A stretch of 64,000 nucleotides of DNA from an uncultured virus (IMG/VR IMGVR_UViG_3300011635_000012) (IMGVR_UViG_3300011635_000012), one strand, 5' to 3'. Shown: positions 35,942 to 48,554, counted from the stretch's first letter. Numbers and translations: made by a program. Notes: generated from the sequence alone by a model not told the origin.

Positions 35942-38435
35942 TCTGGTCGTTAACCTTGACGTTAACTCGTCGAAATTCAGCGAGCAGCTTAACTACGTCA
36001 AAAAAGAATTAAAACAGACCGGCAGTGCGGCAAACGACGAAGCGTTACGTATCCAGCAGTCCTTCAGCCGCCAGGAGAACGCCGCGCGCAAAGCGGGTAT
36101 TTCTGTGGGTCAGTATAACGCAGCAATGCGTATGCTCCCGGCACAGTTTACCGATGTGGCCACTCAGCTGGCGGGTGGGCAGAACCCCTGGCTGATTCTG
36201 CTTCAGCAGGGCGGTCAGGTTAAGGACTCCTTTGGCGGGATCATTCCGACATTCCGGGCGTTGCTGGGGACGATTTCCCCGTTGATGGTCGGCATTGGTG
36301 CGTTGTCCGTTGCAACTGGCGCGTTGTTCTATGCCTGGTACCAGGGCTCTTCCACTCTGTCTGATTTCAACAAAACGCTGGTACTGTCGGGGAACACAGC
36401 CGGACTGACCGCTGACCGCATGCTGGCACTGGCGCGTAACGGACAGGCAGCGGGGCTGACCTTCAACCAGACCAGTGAAGCGCTGACCGAACTTATCAAC
36501 GCGGGTGTGCGTGCTGGCTCGCGCTTTGATGACATGAGCCAGGCGGTGGCGCGGTTTACCGATGCCTCCGGCGTGCCGGTGGAAAAGGTCGCAGCAGCCT
36601 ATGGCAAGCTCGCAACTGACCCGACATCGGGCCTGATCGCGATGGCCCAGCAGTTCCATAACGTTACCGCTGAACAGATTGCCCATGTGGCGCAGCTGCA
36701 GCGTGCCGGTGATGAGGCTGGCGCACTGCAGGCGGCTAACGAGGCTGCTACAGCCGGATTCAACGATCAGACCAAAGCCATCCGCGACAATATGGGGACG
36801 ATTGAATCTTCAGCGGACTCCCTGAAGCGCGCCTTCAAGTCGATGTGGGATGCAGCCCTCGATATTGGCCGACCTGACACCGCGCAGGAGATGGTGGCAA
36901 AAGCCGAAGCCGCGTTCAAAAAAGCCGATGAAATCTGGAACCTGCGTAAAGGTGACCGATATGTCAATGATGAGGCCCGCGCCCGATTCTGGAATGACCG
37001 CGAAACGGCCAGGCTTGCGCTGGATATGGCGCAGCAGCAGGCGGGAATTGCCAGGGCGAACGAAGAGAATGCATCGCGCGAAGCGGCTGCGGAATCGGAT
37101 CGCCAGAAGTATGCTGCGCAGGCACAGGCAAACTATGTCAAAACGCAGACGGCCCTGGAGAAATACACGGCCAGGCAGAGCGAGCTCAACAAGGCGCTGA
37201 AAGAGGGGCGGATCCTCCAGGCAGACTACAACATCAACCTGGCTGCCGCGAAAAAAGAGTACGAAGACACCCTTAAAAAGCCGAAGAAGACCCCGGCAAT
37301 CAGAACCCCCGCAGGTGCCCGTGCCACCGATACGGCCAGCGCCCAGACGCTGGAGTTGCAGGCACAGCTGCGCACCCTGCAGGAGCATAAGAGCATCAAT
37401 GACACCATCAGCCAGCAGCGTCAGGAGCTGTGGCGTCAGCAGTCCCGCTTTACGGTTCTGGAAGAGGCCGCGAAGACCCGGACGCTTTCTGCTGAGGAAA
37501 AATCCCTGCTGGCCAGTAAAAGCGAGGTGCTTTCCCGGGCGGAGCTGAATGCGAAGCTTGGCGATCAGATAGTGGCGCAGGAGCGGCTTAATCGCCTGCA
37601 GGATACGTCCCAAAAATACGTCACGCAGATCGGCGAGAAAACCCGTGCCCTGGCGGAAAGTGCTGGTATGAGCAGTCGTGCAGCACAACGTCGCAATGAA
37701 GAGGCCCAGCTTCTTCAGGGCTGGAAAAATGGTGGCGGGTCTGAGAACGATGCCGGTTATCAGAATGAGCTGCAGGCGCTGCAGGCGTATTACGCCGAGC
37801 AGGATAAGCTTCGGGATGACTGGCAGTCCGGGGCCAAATCCGCATGGGCAGATTATGTTGATTCTGCTTCAGATGCTTATGGCCAGATGAAGTCGGCTGC
37901 TACCAGTACGTTTGATGGCATCGGGCAAAATATGGCTGACATGCTGACGCGCGGAAAGGCTGACTGGGCTGACTTCACCCGCTCCACGCTCTCCATGCTG
38001 ACACAGATCCTGCTGAAACAGGCGATGGTAGGCCTGGTGGATTCAGCGACAACCGCGCTGGGATTTGCAGGTGGCGGTTATACCGGTTCAGGCGAGAAAT
38101 ATGAACCTGCAGGTGTCGTTCACCGTGGTGAATTTGTTTTCACCAAAGAGGCTACAAACCGGATCGGCGTCGGCAATCTTTACCGGATGATGAAAGGGTA
38201 TGCCACGGGTGGATATGTCGGGGGCGGTGGTACAGGCCCGGCTGCAGCACCTTTCGGTGTCAGTGTATATGCCCCGGTGACGGTCGAAAATGCTTCCGGT
38301 AACGCACAGCAGCAAAACGACGGTGACAGGCTGGGTAAAGCGTATCAGCAGGTGATTAACAAATCTGTCAACGATGGTATCGCCAGGGCAATCCAGCCCG
38401 GTGGGCTTATCTGGAATGCGACCAATCGCAGGTAA
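35919..38435 (+). CDS. Tape measure protein (gpH-like)
   Basis: VGDLVVNLD, LLQQGGQVKDSFGG. Confidence 0.93.
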   Translation: MAQTAVGDLVVNLDVNSSKFSEQLNYVKKELKQTGSAANDEALRIQQSFSRQENAARKAGISVGQYNAAMRMLPAQFTDVATQLAGGQNPWLILLQQGGQVKDSFGGIIPTFRALLGTISPLMVGIGALSVATGALFYAWYQGSSTLSDFNKTLVLSGNTAGLTADRMLALARNGQAAGLTFNQTSEALTELINAGVRAGSRFDDMSQAVARFTDASGVPVEKVAAAYGKLATDPTSGLIAMAQQFHNVTAEQIAHVAQLQRAGDEAGALQAANEAATAGFNDQTKAIRDNMGTIESSADSLKRAFKSMWDAALDIGRPDTAQEMVAKAEAAFKKADEIWNLRKGDRYVNDEARARFWNDRETARLALDMAQQQAGIARANEENASREAAAESDRQKYAAQAQANYVKTQTALEKYTARQSELNKALKEGRILQADYNINLAAAKKEYEDTLKKPKKTPAIRTPAGARATDTASAQTLELQAQLRTLQEHKSINDTISQQRQELWRQQSRFTVLEEAAKTRTLSAEEKSLLASKSEVLSRAELNAKLGDQIVAQERLNRLQDTSQKYVTQIGEKTRALAESAGMSSRAAQRRNEEAQLLQGWKNGGGSENDAGYQNELQALQAYYAEQDKLRDDWQSGAKSAWADYVDSASDAYGQMKSAATSTFDGIGQNMADMLTRGKADWADFTRSTLSMLTQILLKQAMVGLVDSATTALGFAGGGYTGSGEKYEPAGVVHRGEFVFTKEATNRIGVGNLYRMMKGYATGGYVGGGGTGPAAAPFGVSVYAPVTVENASGNAQQQNDGDRLGKAYQQVINKSVNDGIARAIQPGGLIWNATNRR

Positions 38436-38440
38436 CAGTT

Positions 38441-38788
38441 ATGACGATAGAAACATTCTCCTGGGGGATTAAGGTCTCCAGCCAGCCCACCGAAGGAAGC
38501 AAAGACACCGTCAGGAAGGTCCAGTTCGGCGACGGGTACGCACAGATGAGCGGCTCCGGCCTGAATGATGAGATTCGCACCTATGAGTTTTCCTTTTCCG
38601 GTGATCCGACTACTGCGAATGAAATTCATGCCTTCCTTCGGCGGCATAAAGTGAAGTCGTTTATTTTCACTCCGCCGTTCGGCGATACCGCGCTGTGGCG
38701 TGTCGAGGCTGACACGCTCAAAAAGGTGGTTAAAAACGTAAAAGTGATAACCGTAACCGCAACGTTTGAACAGGCATTTGCACCATGA
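38441..38788 (+). CDS. Minor tail protein M
   Basis: VQFGDGYAQ. Confidence 0.88.
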   Translation: MTIETFSWGIKVSSQPTEGSKDTVRKVQFGDGYAQMSGSGLNDEIRTYEFSFSGDPTTANEIHAFLRRHKVKSFIFTPPFGDTALWRVEADTLKKVVKNVKVITVTATFEQAFAP

Positions 38789-39540
38789 GTCTTAATGCTG
38801 ATTATCAAAAACTCGAGCCGGGCAATGAAGTCCGGCTTTTTTCTGTCGATGGCACAGCGTTCGGTATGTCAGATGTACTCCGCTTCCACGCACATAACAT
38901 CGCGCATACCCCGGAAGAGATTGAGGCTGCAGGCGGGGATGAGAATAAACTTCCGGCGAAGTCCATCTGGTGGCAGGGGGAGGAGTATAAAGCCTGGCCG
39001 TGTCAGGTTGAGGGTATTGAAGCGACCACGGACGGTACCAGTCCACAGCCAAAACTGAGTGTGGCGAACCTGGACAGCTCGATCTCAGCGCTCTGTCTGG
39101 CGTATGACGATCTGCTGCAGGCGAAAGTGAGTATCCACGACACGCTGGCACAGTATCTGGACGCCAGAAATTTTCCGCAGGGCAATCCCACTGCAGACCC
39201 GTCACAGGAAAAGCTGAAGGTCTTTTATATCGATGCCAGAAGCACCGAGACGGATGAATCTGTTGAATTTACGCTTTCCAGTCCGATGGATTTACAGGGC
39301 CAGATGATACCCACGCGGCAGCTGCATTCGTTATGCAGCTGGTGCATCCGGAACAAGTACCGGACCGGCGACGGCTGCGACTATGCCGGAACGCGCTATT
39401 TCGACAAAAACAATAATCCGGTTGACGATCCATCACTGGATGTCTGCAACGGCACGCTGACGGCCTGCAAGCTCCGGCACGGAGACAGCAACGAGCTGCC
39501 GTTTGGCGGTTTCCCCGGTACATCTCTTATCAGGAGCTGA
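38785..39540 (+). CDS. Minor tail protein L
   Basis: Fe-S Cys pattern, PFGGFPG. Confidence 0.9.
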   Translation: MSLNADYQKLEPGNEVRLFSVDGTAFGMSDVLRFHAHNIAHTPEEIEAAGGDENKLPAKSIWWQGEEYKAWPCQVEGIEATTDGTSPQPKLSVANLDSSISALCLAYDDLLQAKVSIHDTLAQYLDARNFPQGNPTADPSQEKLKVFYIDARSTETDESVEFTLSSPMDLQGQMIPTRQLHSLCSWCIRNKYRTGDGCDYAGTRYFDKNNNPVDDPSLDVCNGTLTACKLRHGDSNELPFGGFPGTSLIRS

Positions 39541-39541
39541 T

Positions 39542-40273
39542 ATGCGCCAGAAAACCATTGATGCCATCATGGCACACGCTGCAGCGGAATATCCGCGAGA
39601 GTGCTGCGGCGTGGTGGCACAGAAAAGCCGGGTTGAGCGCTATTTTCCCTGTCGTAATCTCGCAGCAGAGCCGACTGAACATTTTCACCTGTCCCCCGAA
39701 GATTACGCATCGGCAGAAGACTGGGGGACGGTGGTAGCCATTGTTCACAGCCATCCTGACGCGACGACACAGGCCAGCGAGCTGGATAAGGCGCAGTGTG
39801 ATGCAACTCTGCTGCCCTGGCATATTGTGAGCTGGCCAGAGGGGGATTTACGTACCATTCAGCCGCGCGGGGAGCTGCCATTGCTGGAGCGTCCGTTCGT
39901 GCTTGGCCACTTCGATTGCTGGGGTCTGGTAATGAGCTATTTCCGGCAGACCCACTGTATCGAGCTCCACGATTACCGGGTGGATTATCCCTGGTGGGAA
40001 AACGACTACCCGGACAATTTCTATCAGGAGTGCTGGTACGAGTGCGGATTCAGGGAGTTTGATGGTCCGCCTCAGGAAGGGGACCTCGTCATCATGCAGG
40101 TGCAGGCCGATAAGTGGAATCATGCCGGGATTTTACTGGAGGGTAACATGCTGCTGCACCATCTTTACGGGCATCTGAGTCAACGTGTTCCTTATGGCGG
40201 ATACTGGCAGGAGCGCACAATGAAGATCGTTCGCTATAAAGATGTAATGGCAGGTGAAACATGCAGGAAGTAA
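39542..40273 (+). CDS. Tail assembly protein K (JAB + NlpC/P60)
   Basis: ECCG, HSHPD, DCWGL. Confidence 0.9.
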   Translation: MRQKTIDAIMAHAAAEYPRECCGVVAQKSRVERYFPCRNLAAEPTEHFHLSPEDYASAEDWGTVVAIVHSHPDATTQASELDKAQCDATLLPWHIVSWPEGDLRTIQPRGELPLLERPFVLGHFDCWGLVMSYFRQTHCIELHDYRVDYPWWENDYPDNFYQECWYECGFREFDGPPQEGDLVIMQVQADKWNHAGILLEGNMLLHHLYGHLSQRVPYGGYWQERTMKIVRYKDVMAGETCRK

Positions 40274-40851
40274 TGACCCGCATTGAGCTTGGCGGCGTGC
40301 TCGGGAAAACATTCGGTAAAGTTCACCATCGCCTGATTTCCCGCGTGAACGAAGCGAGTGTTGCTCTGGCAAAGACTATACCGGGCTTTGAGCAGTTTAT
40401 GATTTCCAGCCAACACCGTGGTCTCACTTATTCAGTATTCAAAGGGAAAAAGAATATTGGTGTTGATGACCTGGGTTACCCGGTCACCGGCGATGCCATT
40501 CGCATTGTCCCGGTGATTATCGGGAGCAAAAAGGCCGGATTGCTCCAGACAATACTTGGTGCTGTTCTGGTTGCCGTAGGGGCGGTGCTTAATTTCACAC
40601 CCTGGGCTGCGGCATCACCATTCTTATACAAATTCGGTGCGGCGATGATGATTGGCGGGGTTGTCCAGATGCTTTCCCCGCAACCAGCTGGGCTGGCCAG
40701 CAAACAGAGCTCAGATAACCGCGCCTCATACGCGTTCGGTGGAGTCACCAACACCGCCGCGCAGGGCTATCCGGTACCGCTTCTTTATGGTCGTCGGCGA
40801 ATCGGCGGTGCGATTATTTCTGCCGGGATTTACGTTGAGGATCAACAATGA
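40261..40851 (+). CDS. Tail assembly protein I
   Basis: NTAAQGYPVPLLYG..ISAGI. Confidence 0.9.
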   Translation: MQEVMTRIELGGVLGKTFGKVHHRLISRVNEASVALAKTIPGFEQFMISSQHRGLTYSVFKGKKNIGVDDLGYPVTGDAIRIVPVIIGSKKAGLLQTILGAVLVAVGAVLNFTPWAAASPFLYKFGAAMMIGGVVQMLSPQPAGLASKQSSDNRASYAFGGVTNTAAQGYPVPLLYGRRRIGGAIISAGIYVEDQQ

Positions 40852-41114
40852 AGAAATATTTAAGATTGACCATTTCAGGCCTGCATCGTGTTGATGAAGG
40901 AATCCTAATCGGCGGAAATGCGACAGTAATAGTAAACCGTGGCGGAGAGGTTATTTGTCGCGAGAAGTTTTCTGGCAAAGTTTCTGATAAATATTCAAAG
41001 CTATATGAAGTTGAAGACACCGGTATTCCAGTATCAGTAACGTCTTCCAGTGATTGTCAGTTTTTCAAGGCAGAAGTTGATTTTGTAAACCCATTTAGCG
41101 AAACAAATATCTAA
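40848..41114 (+). CDS. Moron between I and J
   Basis: Lower GC; terminator 41134-41158 follows. Confidence 0.6.
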   Translation: MKKYLRLTISGLHRVDEGILIGGNATVIVNRGGEVICREKFSGKVSDKYSKLYEVEDTGIPVSVTSSSDCQFFKAEVDFVNPFSETNI

Positions 41115-41168
41115 TTAATTTTCTCTTGCAATAAGCCACCTCAGGGTGGCTTTTTTTATGGGCGCAAT

Positions 41169-44100
41169 ATGGCTATATCTACTCCGATTAGAGGCCGCAA
41201 GGGCGGCAGCTCAAGTTCCCGCACCCCGACTGAACAACCAGACGATCTCCAGTCCGTAGCGAAGGCCAAAATTCTTGTTGCGCTGGGAGAGGGGGAATTT
41301 GCAGGACAGTTGACGGCGAAAGATATCTATCTCGATGGCACTCCACTGGAGAATGCGGACGGATCGCAAAACTTCAGCGGCGTGGCGTGGGAATTTCGCC
41401 CGGGGACTCAGGCACAAAAATACATTCAGGGTATCCCCGGTACCGAAAATGAAATCAGCGTGGGCACCGAAGTGTCGAGCACCACTGCCTGGACGCACAC
41501 CTTTACTAACACGCAACTGTCAGCCGTTCGCCTGCGCCTCAAGTGGCCATCGCTTTTTAAACAGGAGGACGATGGCGATCTGGTTGGCTATTCAATTAAC
41601 TACGCTATTGATCTGCAGACCGATGGCGGCACCTGGCAGACGGTACTTAATACCAGCGTAACCGGCAAGACAACTTCCGGCTACGAACGCAGCCATCGCG
41701 TCGACCTACCGCAGGCAGGCAGCACATGGACGGTGCGCCTGCGTAAGCTCACGGCGGATGCCAACAGCGCGAAAATTGGCGATACGATGACGCTGCAGAG
41801 CTATACAGAGGTCATTGACGCCAAATTGCGTTATCCAAATACCGCGCTGCTGTACATCGAATTCGACTCAAGCCAGTTTAACGGCTCTATCCCGCAAATA
41901 TCCTGCGAACCGCGAGGACGTGTAATCCGCGTTCCGGATACGTATGACCCGGAGACCCGCACCTATAGCGGCACATGGACAGGGGCGTTTAAGTGGGCGT
42001 GGACGGATAATCCGGCCTGGATTTTTTACGATCTGGTAGTGAGCGACCGCTTTGGGCTGGGCAATCGCCTGACGGCGGCCAATATTGATAAATGGACGCT
42101 TTACCAGGTCGCGCAATATTGTGATCAGCCGGTTCCCGATGGTAAAGGCGGTAGCGGCACCGAGCCTCGTTATACCTGCAACGTGTATGTGCAGGAGAGG
42201 AATGACGCCTATACCGTGTTACGTGATTTTGCGGCGATATTCCGGGGCATGACGTACTGGGGTGGCGATCAAATTGTTGCGCTTGCGGATATGCCCCGCG
42301 ATGTGGATTACAGCTACACACGTGCAAACGTGGTTGATGGCCGCTTCACCTATTCGGGCAGCACCACGAAAACCCGCTATACCACGGCACTGGTTTCCTG
42401 GTCCGATCCGGGTAATGCCTACGCGGATGCGATGGAGCCTGTATTTGAGCAGGATCTCGTTGCTCGCTTTGGCACAAACCAGCTCGAAATGACAGCCATT
42501 GGTTGTACCCGACAGTCAGAGGCAAACCGTAAAGGACGTTGGGGTATCCTGACCAATAACAAGGATCGCATTGTGTCGTTCGATGTTGGTCTTGACGGCA
42601 AGATCCCACAGCCTGGTTATATCATCGCGGTTGCCGATGAGCTGCTTTCCGGAAAAGTGATGGGAGGGCGCATCAGCGCGGTTAACGGTCGCGTTATCAC
42701 GCTTGATCGTGATTCGGCAGCCGCTCCCGGAAGCCGTCTGATGGTTAACCTTCCGTCCGGCGCATCGCAGAGCAGGACGATACAGAGCGTAAACGGCCGG
42801 GCCATCACCGTGACAACGGCATACAGCGAAACACCTGCAGTGGAATCGGTGTGGATTGTCGAGTCCGAAGAGCTTTACGCGCAGCAATATCGCGTTATCA
42901 GCGTTACGGATAATAATGACGGAACGTATTCGATTTCTGGCGCTTTGCACGATCCGGATAAATATGCGCGTATCGATACCGGTGCCATTATCGACCAGCG
43001 GCCAATAAGTGTTATTCCGCCAGGTAATCAGTCCCCGCCAGCCAACATCGTCATTAATTCATTCTCTGTGGTTCAGCAGAATGTGAACGTTCAGACCATG
43101 CGCGTCAGCTGGGACCAGGCGAAGAACGCCATCGCCTATGAAGCACAGTGGCGCCGCAATGACGGGAACTGGGTCAATGTGCCGCGCAGCTCCACCACAT
43201 CGTTCGATGTTCCGGGCATTTATGCGGGACGATACCTGGTGCGCGTGCGTGCCATCAACGCCGCTGAAATTTCGTCCGGATGGGGGTATTCAGAAGAGAA
43301 AACGCTGACGGGCAAGGACGGGAATCCACCGAAGCCGGTGGGTTTTATCGCGTCTGAAAACGTGGTGTTCGGCATCGAGCTGAACTGGGGGTTCCCGGCC
43401 AATACGGACGATACACTGAAGACGGAAATTCAGTACAGCCTGACCGGTACTGAGGGCGATGCGATGTTGCTGGCCGATGTGCCATACCCGCAGCGTAAAT
43501 ATCAGCAGATGGGCCTTAAAGCGGGGCAGATTTTCTGGTACCGCGCACAGCTGGTTGACCGAACCGGTAACGAGTCCGGTTATACCGGCTGGGTTCGTGG
43601 TCAGGCAAGTATCGATGTTTCTGATATCACCGATGTGATCCTGGAGGACATCAAAGGGTCTGAGACGTTCAAGGACCTGATTGAGAATGCCGTTGATACC
43701 AACGAAAAAATTGCTGGTATGGCTAATGATATCCTGCAGGCGAATAATGAGCTCGAACAGCAGGCGCTGAAGATAGCCCAAAACGCGCAGGACATCGGGC
43801 AGGTTCAGACCGATGTGAAGGAACTGACAAGTAACGTTGGGGATGTGTCGTCATCTCTGTCTCAGCTTGAGCAGACCGTCGCAACGGCAGATACCGCTCT
43901 TGGCCAGCGTATCGATAATATCAGCGTGTCCATGGATGGTATGGCAGGAGGCGTAAAAAACTCAGCTATCGCCATTATCCAGAACGGGCTGGCGCAGGTG
44001 GCCGCGCGTAAAACGTTGTCTGCATCGGTCGCAGGTAACAGCGCTCAGCTGGATCGTCTCGACGAAGTGATCGTCAGTGAGAAGGAGGCAACGGCACGAT

Positions 44101-44752
44101 CGCTGCTGAGCCTGCAGACAGACGTTAACGGCAACAAGGCATCCATCAACAGCCTCAACCAGACGTTCTCCGATTATCAGCAGGCTACGGCCACGCAGAT
44201 AAACGGCATTACGGCGACGGTGAACGGGCATACCTCAGCCATCACAACTAACGCTCAGGCGATAGCGAACGTAAACGGCGGCCTCAGCGCGATGTACAAC
44301 ATCAAGGTTGGTATCTCCAGCAACGGGCAGTATTACGCCGCGGGGATGGGGATTGGCGTTGAGAATACGCCATCTGGCATGCAGTCGCAGGTTATCTTCC
44401 TGGCTGACCGCTTCGCGGTAACGCATCAGGCAGGAGCGACCGTTACGCTTCCGTTCGTTATTCAGAACGGGCAGACCTTTATCCGAAATACTGTGATTGG
44501 TGAAGGGACTATCGACAACACCAAAATCGGCAGCTACATCCAGTCCACAACCTGGGCACGGGGAACGTTGGCTGGCACATCAACAAGTCAGGCTACGCGA
44601 CGTTCAACAACGTGACCGTTCGCGGCTCGATTTTCGCCACAAACGGTAATTTTTCTTTTAATGGCTCCGGCAACACAACGGTTATCAATGGTAATGGCGT
44701 AACCATCAATATACCGGGAGGTGGCCGGATCGTACTCGGGACATGGTCATAA
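41169..44752 (+). CDS. Central tail fibre/host specificity protein J, with an apparent frameshift near 44555
   Basis: GEGEFAG, DNPAW, ADRFA; the natural-looking C-terminus continues in another frame to 44752. Confidence 0.88.
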
Positions 44753-44753
44753 A

Positions 44754-45736
44754 ATGCCGACAGGATTATTGATAGAATTGAATGACGGCGGGAAGCGTAT
44801 GGAGATAACTGCGGGTCTGAGATGCCCGTCTTTTGGTGGCAGCTTTGACACTGGCTACCAGAAAGCAAAGTATGTGGACATTGCTGGTTATGTTTCAGGG
44901 GCGCAGGTGCTGTTTATACCGCATGCGACTGCCTATGTTGATTCAGGGCTGTGGCATAAAATGAATTCCGTCACTATCTCTGGTGGGAGGGTTACGCAAA
45001 ATTCGAGAATGCAGGCGCTGGGTATAAGTGAGAGGGATAGTACCTATACCTTTCCCGGTAGTGTCTGNNNNNNNNNNNNNNNNNNNNNNNNTTTCCGACA
45101 GGTCAGCGAAGCGGGGTGGGCCTGCTCATCAGCGACAGTACTGACTTCACCTCGATAACGAATGCTACGCAGTCAGGGCAGTGTATCTGGAAGGGTACTG
45201 TAAGTGTTCCGACCGGGGGGTGGGCGGTTCCCACGATAGCAGGATACGACAAGTCGAAGTACGTCGTTTTCGGGCGCTGTAATAGCGGTAACACGATTGA
45301 CTTCGACGGTAACACCGTCAGGTTCTTCAGCCCTCCGTCCACGAACGATGATGCTCCCGCAACCGGCACGATAGACATCGTTATTTTTGCCAGTGGCGTA
45401 GCGCCGCAGCCTGGTACCGGCCTCAATATTTTTAATGCTGCAGGGGCCTGCACCTTTTCAACCACAAAACGACCATTCGTATACCTCAACCAACTTTGGA
45501 CCCCTTCGACAAGTGCCGTGAGCATCGGTAACGGATATGTTCCGCTGGGCAGATTTGGGCTAATGGTGCATACGGTAAACGGCATGTATGTATATCGAAT
45601 GTTCGGAATAAAAATACAGAACGGCAACGCTTCAGTTCAGGGCGGAAAATATCTTGGGCGCGAGCAATATGCCATTTTCGGTAATAACACGGTAACGTCA
45701 CTCAGTCTTCCTGTTTTGCCCGATATGTACGTCTGA
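44754..45736 (+). CDS. Tail-associated protein spanning an N gap (45068-45091)
   Basis: Two ORF halves flank the gap; position after J. Confidence 0.65.
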
Positions 45737-45796
45737 ATTAACAGCATAATTAAATCAACCTCGCTCCGGCGGGGTTTTTTATTGTCTGGAGAAAAT

Positions 45797-46933
45797 ATGC
45801 TTTATAACACTGGCACCATAGCCATTAACGGAAATACGGCCACCGGCACCGGCACAAACTGGACAGCACCCGCCAGCCAGGTTCGCGCTGGTCAGACGAT
45901 TATCGTCATGTCTAACCCGGTCCAGATGTTCCAGATTTCATCCGTGAACAGCGCCACGTCAATGACGGTTACGCCCGCTGCTTCCCCGGCGCTGAGCGGC
46001 CAGAAGTATGGAATCCTTGTGTCGGACAATATCTCGGTCGACGGCCTGGCGCAGGCCATGTCGCAGCTCATCAAAGAGTATGACGAGAATATTGGCGCAT
46101 GGGAGACATTCGCCACAACCTCAGCGAACCAAACTATCACCGTTACCATTAACGGAGCTTCCGTGAATATTCCGGGCATTGGTGCACTTGCCAGAAAGGG
46201 GGCAAACAGCGATATCACGGAGCTGAAAGGACTCACTACTGCGCTTTCTATTGCGCAGGGCGGGACCGGGGCAACGACTGCAGCAGACGCTCGCTCAAAC
46301 CTCGGTTTAGGAAGTAGTGCGACGAGGAATGCTTACAGTTCCTCCGGGGATATGCTTTCCATAGGGGATTTTGGGGTTGGGGCTTACTCAGAAGCTAAAC
46401 CGACTGAAGCCAGAAGTTCATTTATCAGCGAAACCAATTCATCCACTGCATGGGCACCAGCAAATGGTGCCGGTTATCAAAGCTCCTACGCCGTAAACAG
46501 AATATTTCAGATGTGGATTGGTTCCAATGGTTCTGGCTTTAGTCGATTTGTTTCAACGAATAACCCCCAGGAACCTAAAGCTAACATTCCATGGACGCAG
46601 TACCAGGCTTCTGGCACGTCGGACATTAACTTTAAGAAAGTGACAGGGGAACTGGATTTAAACGAATCGCTCTCAAACATCGAGGCAATGGATTTTAAGA
46701 CCTTCTACTACCTCGCAGATGCAGCCAAAACGACTCGCCGCGGCGTGATTGCTCAGGAACTGGAAAAGATAGATCCGCAATATGTTCACTCAGCTGAGGA
46801 GTCGGGAAAAATGACGCTCGACCTCAATCCTCTGGTGCTCGATGCGCTCGCAGCAATCAAAGCGCTGGCAATCCGCGTCAGCGCATTAGAGGGAGACGCT
46901 AAACCTCCGGTTCCTGGCTCATCCGCTGATTAA
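45797..46933 (+). CDS. Side tail fibre, constant N-terminus plus cassette A (S74-type chaperone C-terminus)
   Basis: GANSDITEL, GGTGATTAADARSNLGL, SDINFKK..GVIAQEL. Confidence 0.85.
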   Translation: MLYNTGTIAINGNTATGTGTNWTAPASQVRAGQTIIVMSNPVQMFQISSVNSATSMTVTPAASPALSGQKYGILVSDNISVDGLAQAMSQLIKEYDENIGAWETFATTSANQTITVTINGASVNIPGIGALARKGANSDITELKGLTTALSIAQGGTGATTAADARSNLGLGSSATRNAYSSSGDMLSIGDFGVGAYSEAKPTEARSSFISETNSSTAWAPANGAGYQSSYAVNRIFQMWIGSNGSGFSRFVSTNNPQEPKANIPWTQYQASGTSDINFKKVTGELDLNESLSNIEAMDFKTFYYLADAAKTTRRGVIAQELEKIDPQYVHSAEESGKMTLDLNPLVLDALAAIKALAIRVSALEGDAKPPVPGSSAD

Positions 46934-47710
46934 ACGCAGAATCATCAGGCATATCCAAGCGCACATCGATCCAGCTGTTCGCCGGTACGTCCATTGGTAG
47001 ACCTTTCGTTTTGATGATCTCTCCGTCATTGCCCAGCATGTATTTGCGCTTGAACAGGCGAATTGTCAGCTCTCCGTTATCGGTTTGCTCTGCCTCAACC
47101 ACGCCCAGTTCCCCCATGCCGCCAGGGTCCATTGGCGGCAGTAACTGCCATCCCTCAGATGCCAGGCCAGCCGAACCGGCGAGCACATAAACACCTACAT
47201 CAAGGCGAGAAAGAATCACTCCTTCAGCTTCTGCATTTGCTGTTCCGCACCCACACCAGACAAAACCATCTTCCGCTATGTCGGCACGCTGGCACTCTTC
47301 CTGGCTCGCTACGATACGCGCAACCGGAGACGCTGCCTTCAGGGTGCCATCACTGGCTTTCGTGGTATTCGATGTTGTATAGAATTCAGCCCAGCCTGTG
47401 AATCCCGCACTTCCATTAGAAACTCGCAGAGCTGCACGCGTACTGGAAAGGCATGTGAATGCCATTTGTGAGTAAGTCGCCCCACCTACCCCAATTTGCA
47501 GAATGCTTTGCCATTGGCCAGGAAATGCACCGACGTTATCTGCCGCGGCCCAGTAGCCAAATCCGGTCGGCCCCGGCTGCGCTGAAGTGGCGGGATTTAT
47601 CGGTTTCGCATTACTGGATGAAAGGAGCAATCCAACACCAAAATCTCCCTCTGAAAGCATCTTCCCGGAAGCGCTGTAAGCATCTCTTGTCGCACTACTT
47701 CCTAAACCGA
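46899..47710 (-). CDS. Silent alternative fibre C-terminal cassette B
   Basis: Open frame from the crossover site: GLGSSATRDAYSASGKMLSEGDFG. Confidence 0.8.
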
Positions 47711-47716
47711 CGATAA

Positions 47717-48477
47717 TTATAATGCCTTTATTTGCTCTTCTAATTTGCTTATGCGTCGAAGAAGCTGCTGAACAACGGGTACTAAATAAGCAGCACCTAT
47801 TTCTCCTGGATCAATAATTTTACCATCTTCATAAATAATGTTTTCTTCGGTTTCTTCATCCCATACTGACAGTTGAGACACCTGGACCAACTCACGATCT
47901 AAAGCTTCAACGTTCTGAGCGCTGTAACCAACACGCACCTGGTCTGGTGTCCACTTGTACGAATAGCGGATGGGTTTCAGCCCGGTTATGAAGGCTACTG
48001 CTTCATCTTCGGTAATCTCGCGCACAATGTTTTTAACCCGCTCATCAGACGCTACGGGGGTGATATTCCCGTTATTGGTTTGAATAACACTCCCACCCTG
48101 GATGAAATACCAGAACGAACCAAAAGAACCTGAATCAAAGGTGCCAATGTACGGACCGCAAGCTGCCGCCGAGCCACTTCCATTGATGTAAGCGCCAAAG
48201 GAAGCGTTCATAGTCCACGAATCTGTCCCATAACGCTGGGTAAAACCCTTCGTCACAAAGCTGGTAGATGTGCTGTTGGTCGCTTTGGTAGTGATGATTC
48301 CGCCGCTGGGATTGCCCGCAGCAGGAGCCAGTATGGTCGATATACCCGTCAACCCCGTTATATCATTGTTGTTTCCTGATGAAGCTGCTGAGAGGTTTTT
48401 ACGCGCATCAGCCGGCAATTTTCCTCCAGTACCCCCCATGCTGACCGGAACGGTATCATTGTTATCTACTAAACCGA
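47717..48477 (-). CDS. Silent alternative fibre C-terminal cassette C (S74-type chaperone)
   Basis: Open frame from the crossover site: GLVDNNDTVPVSMGGTGG; SDERVKN. Confidence 0.8.
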
Positions 48478-48554
48478 CGTTTTATAGATTGCTCTTGAGC
48501 GGCCTGGCCGATAACTTCACCTGATTTTTTTGCAGAAATAACTGGGTGAAAAAT

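Noticed and set aside
45068..45091. Split of the post-J gene into two ORFs
   Set aside because: The break coincides with an N gap of uncertain length; assembly artefact
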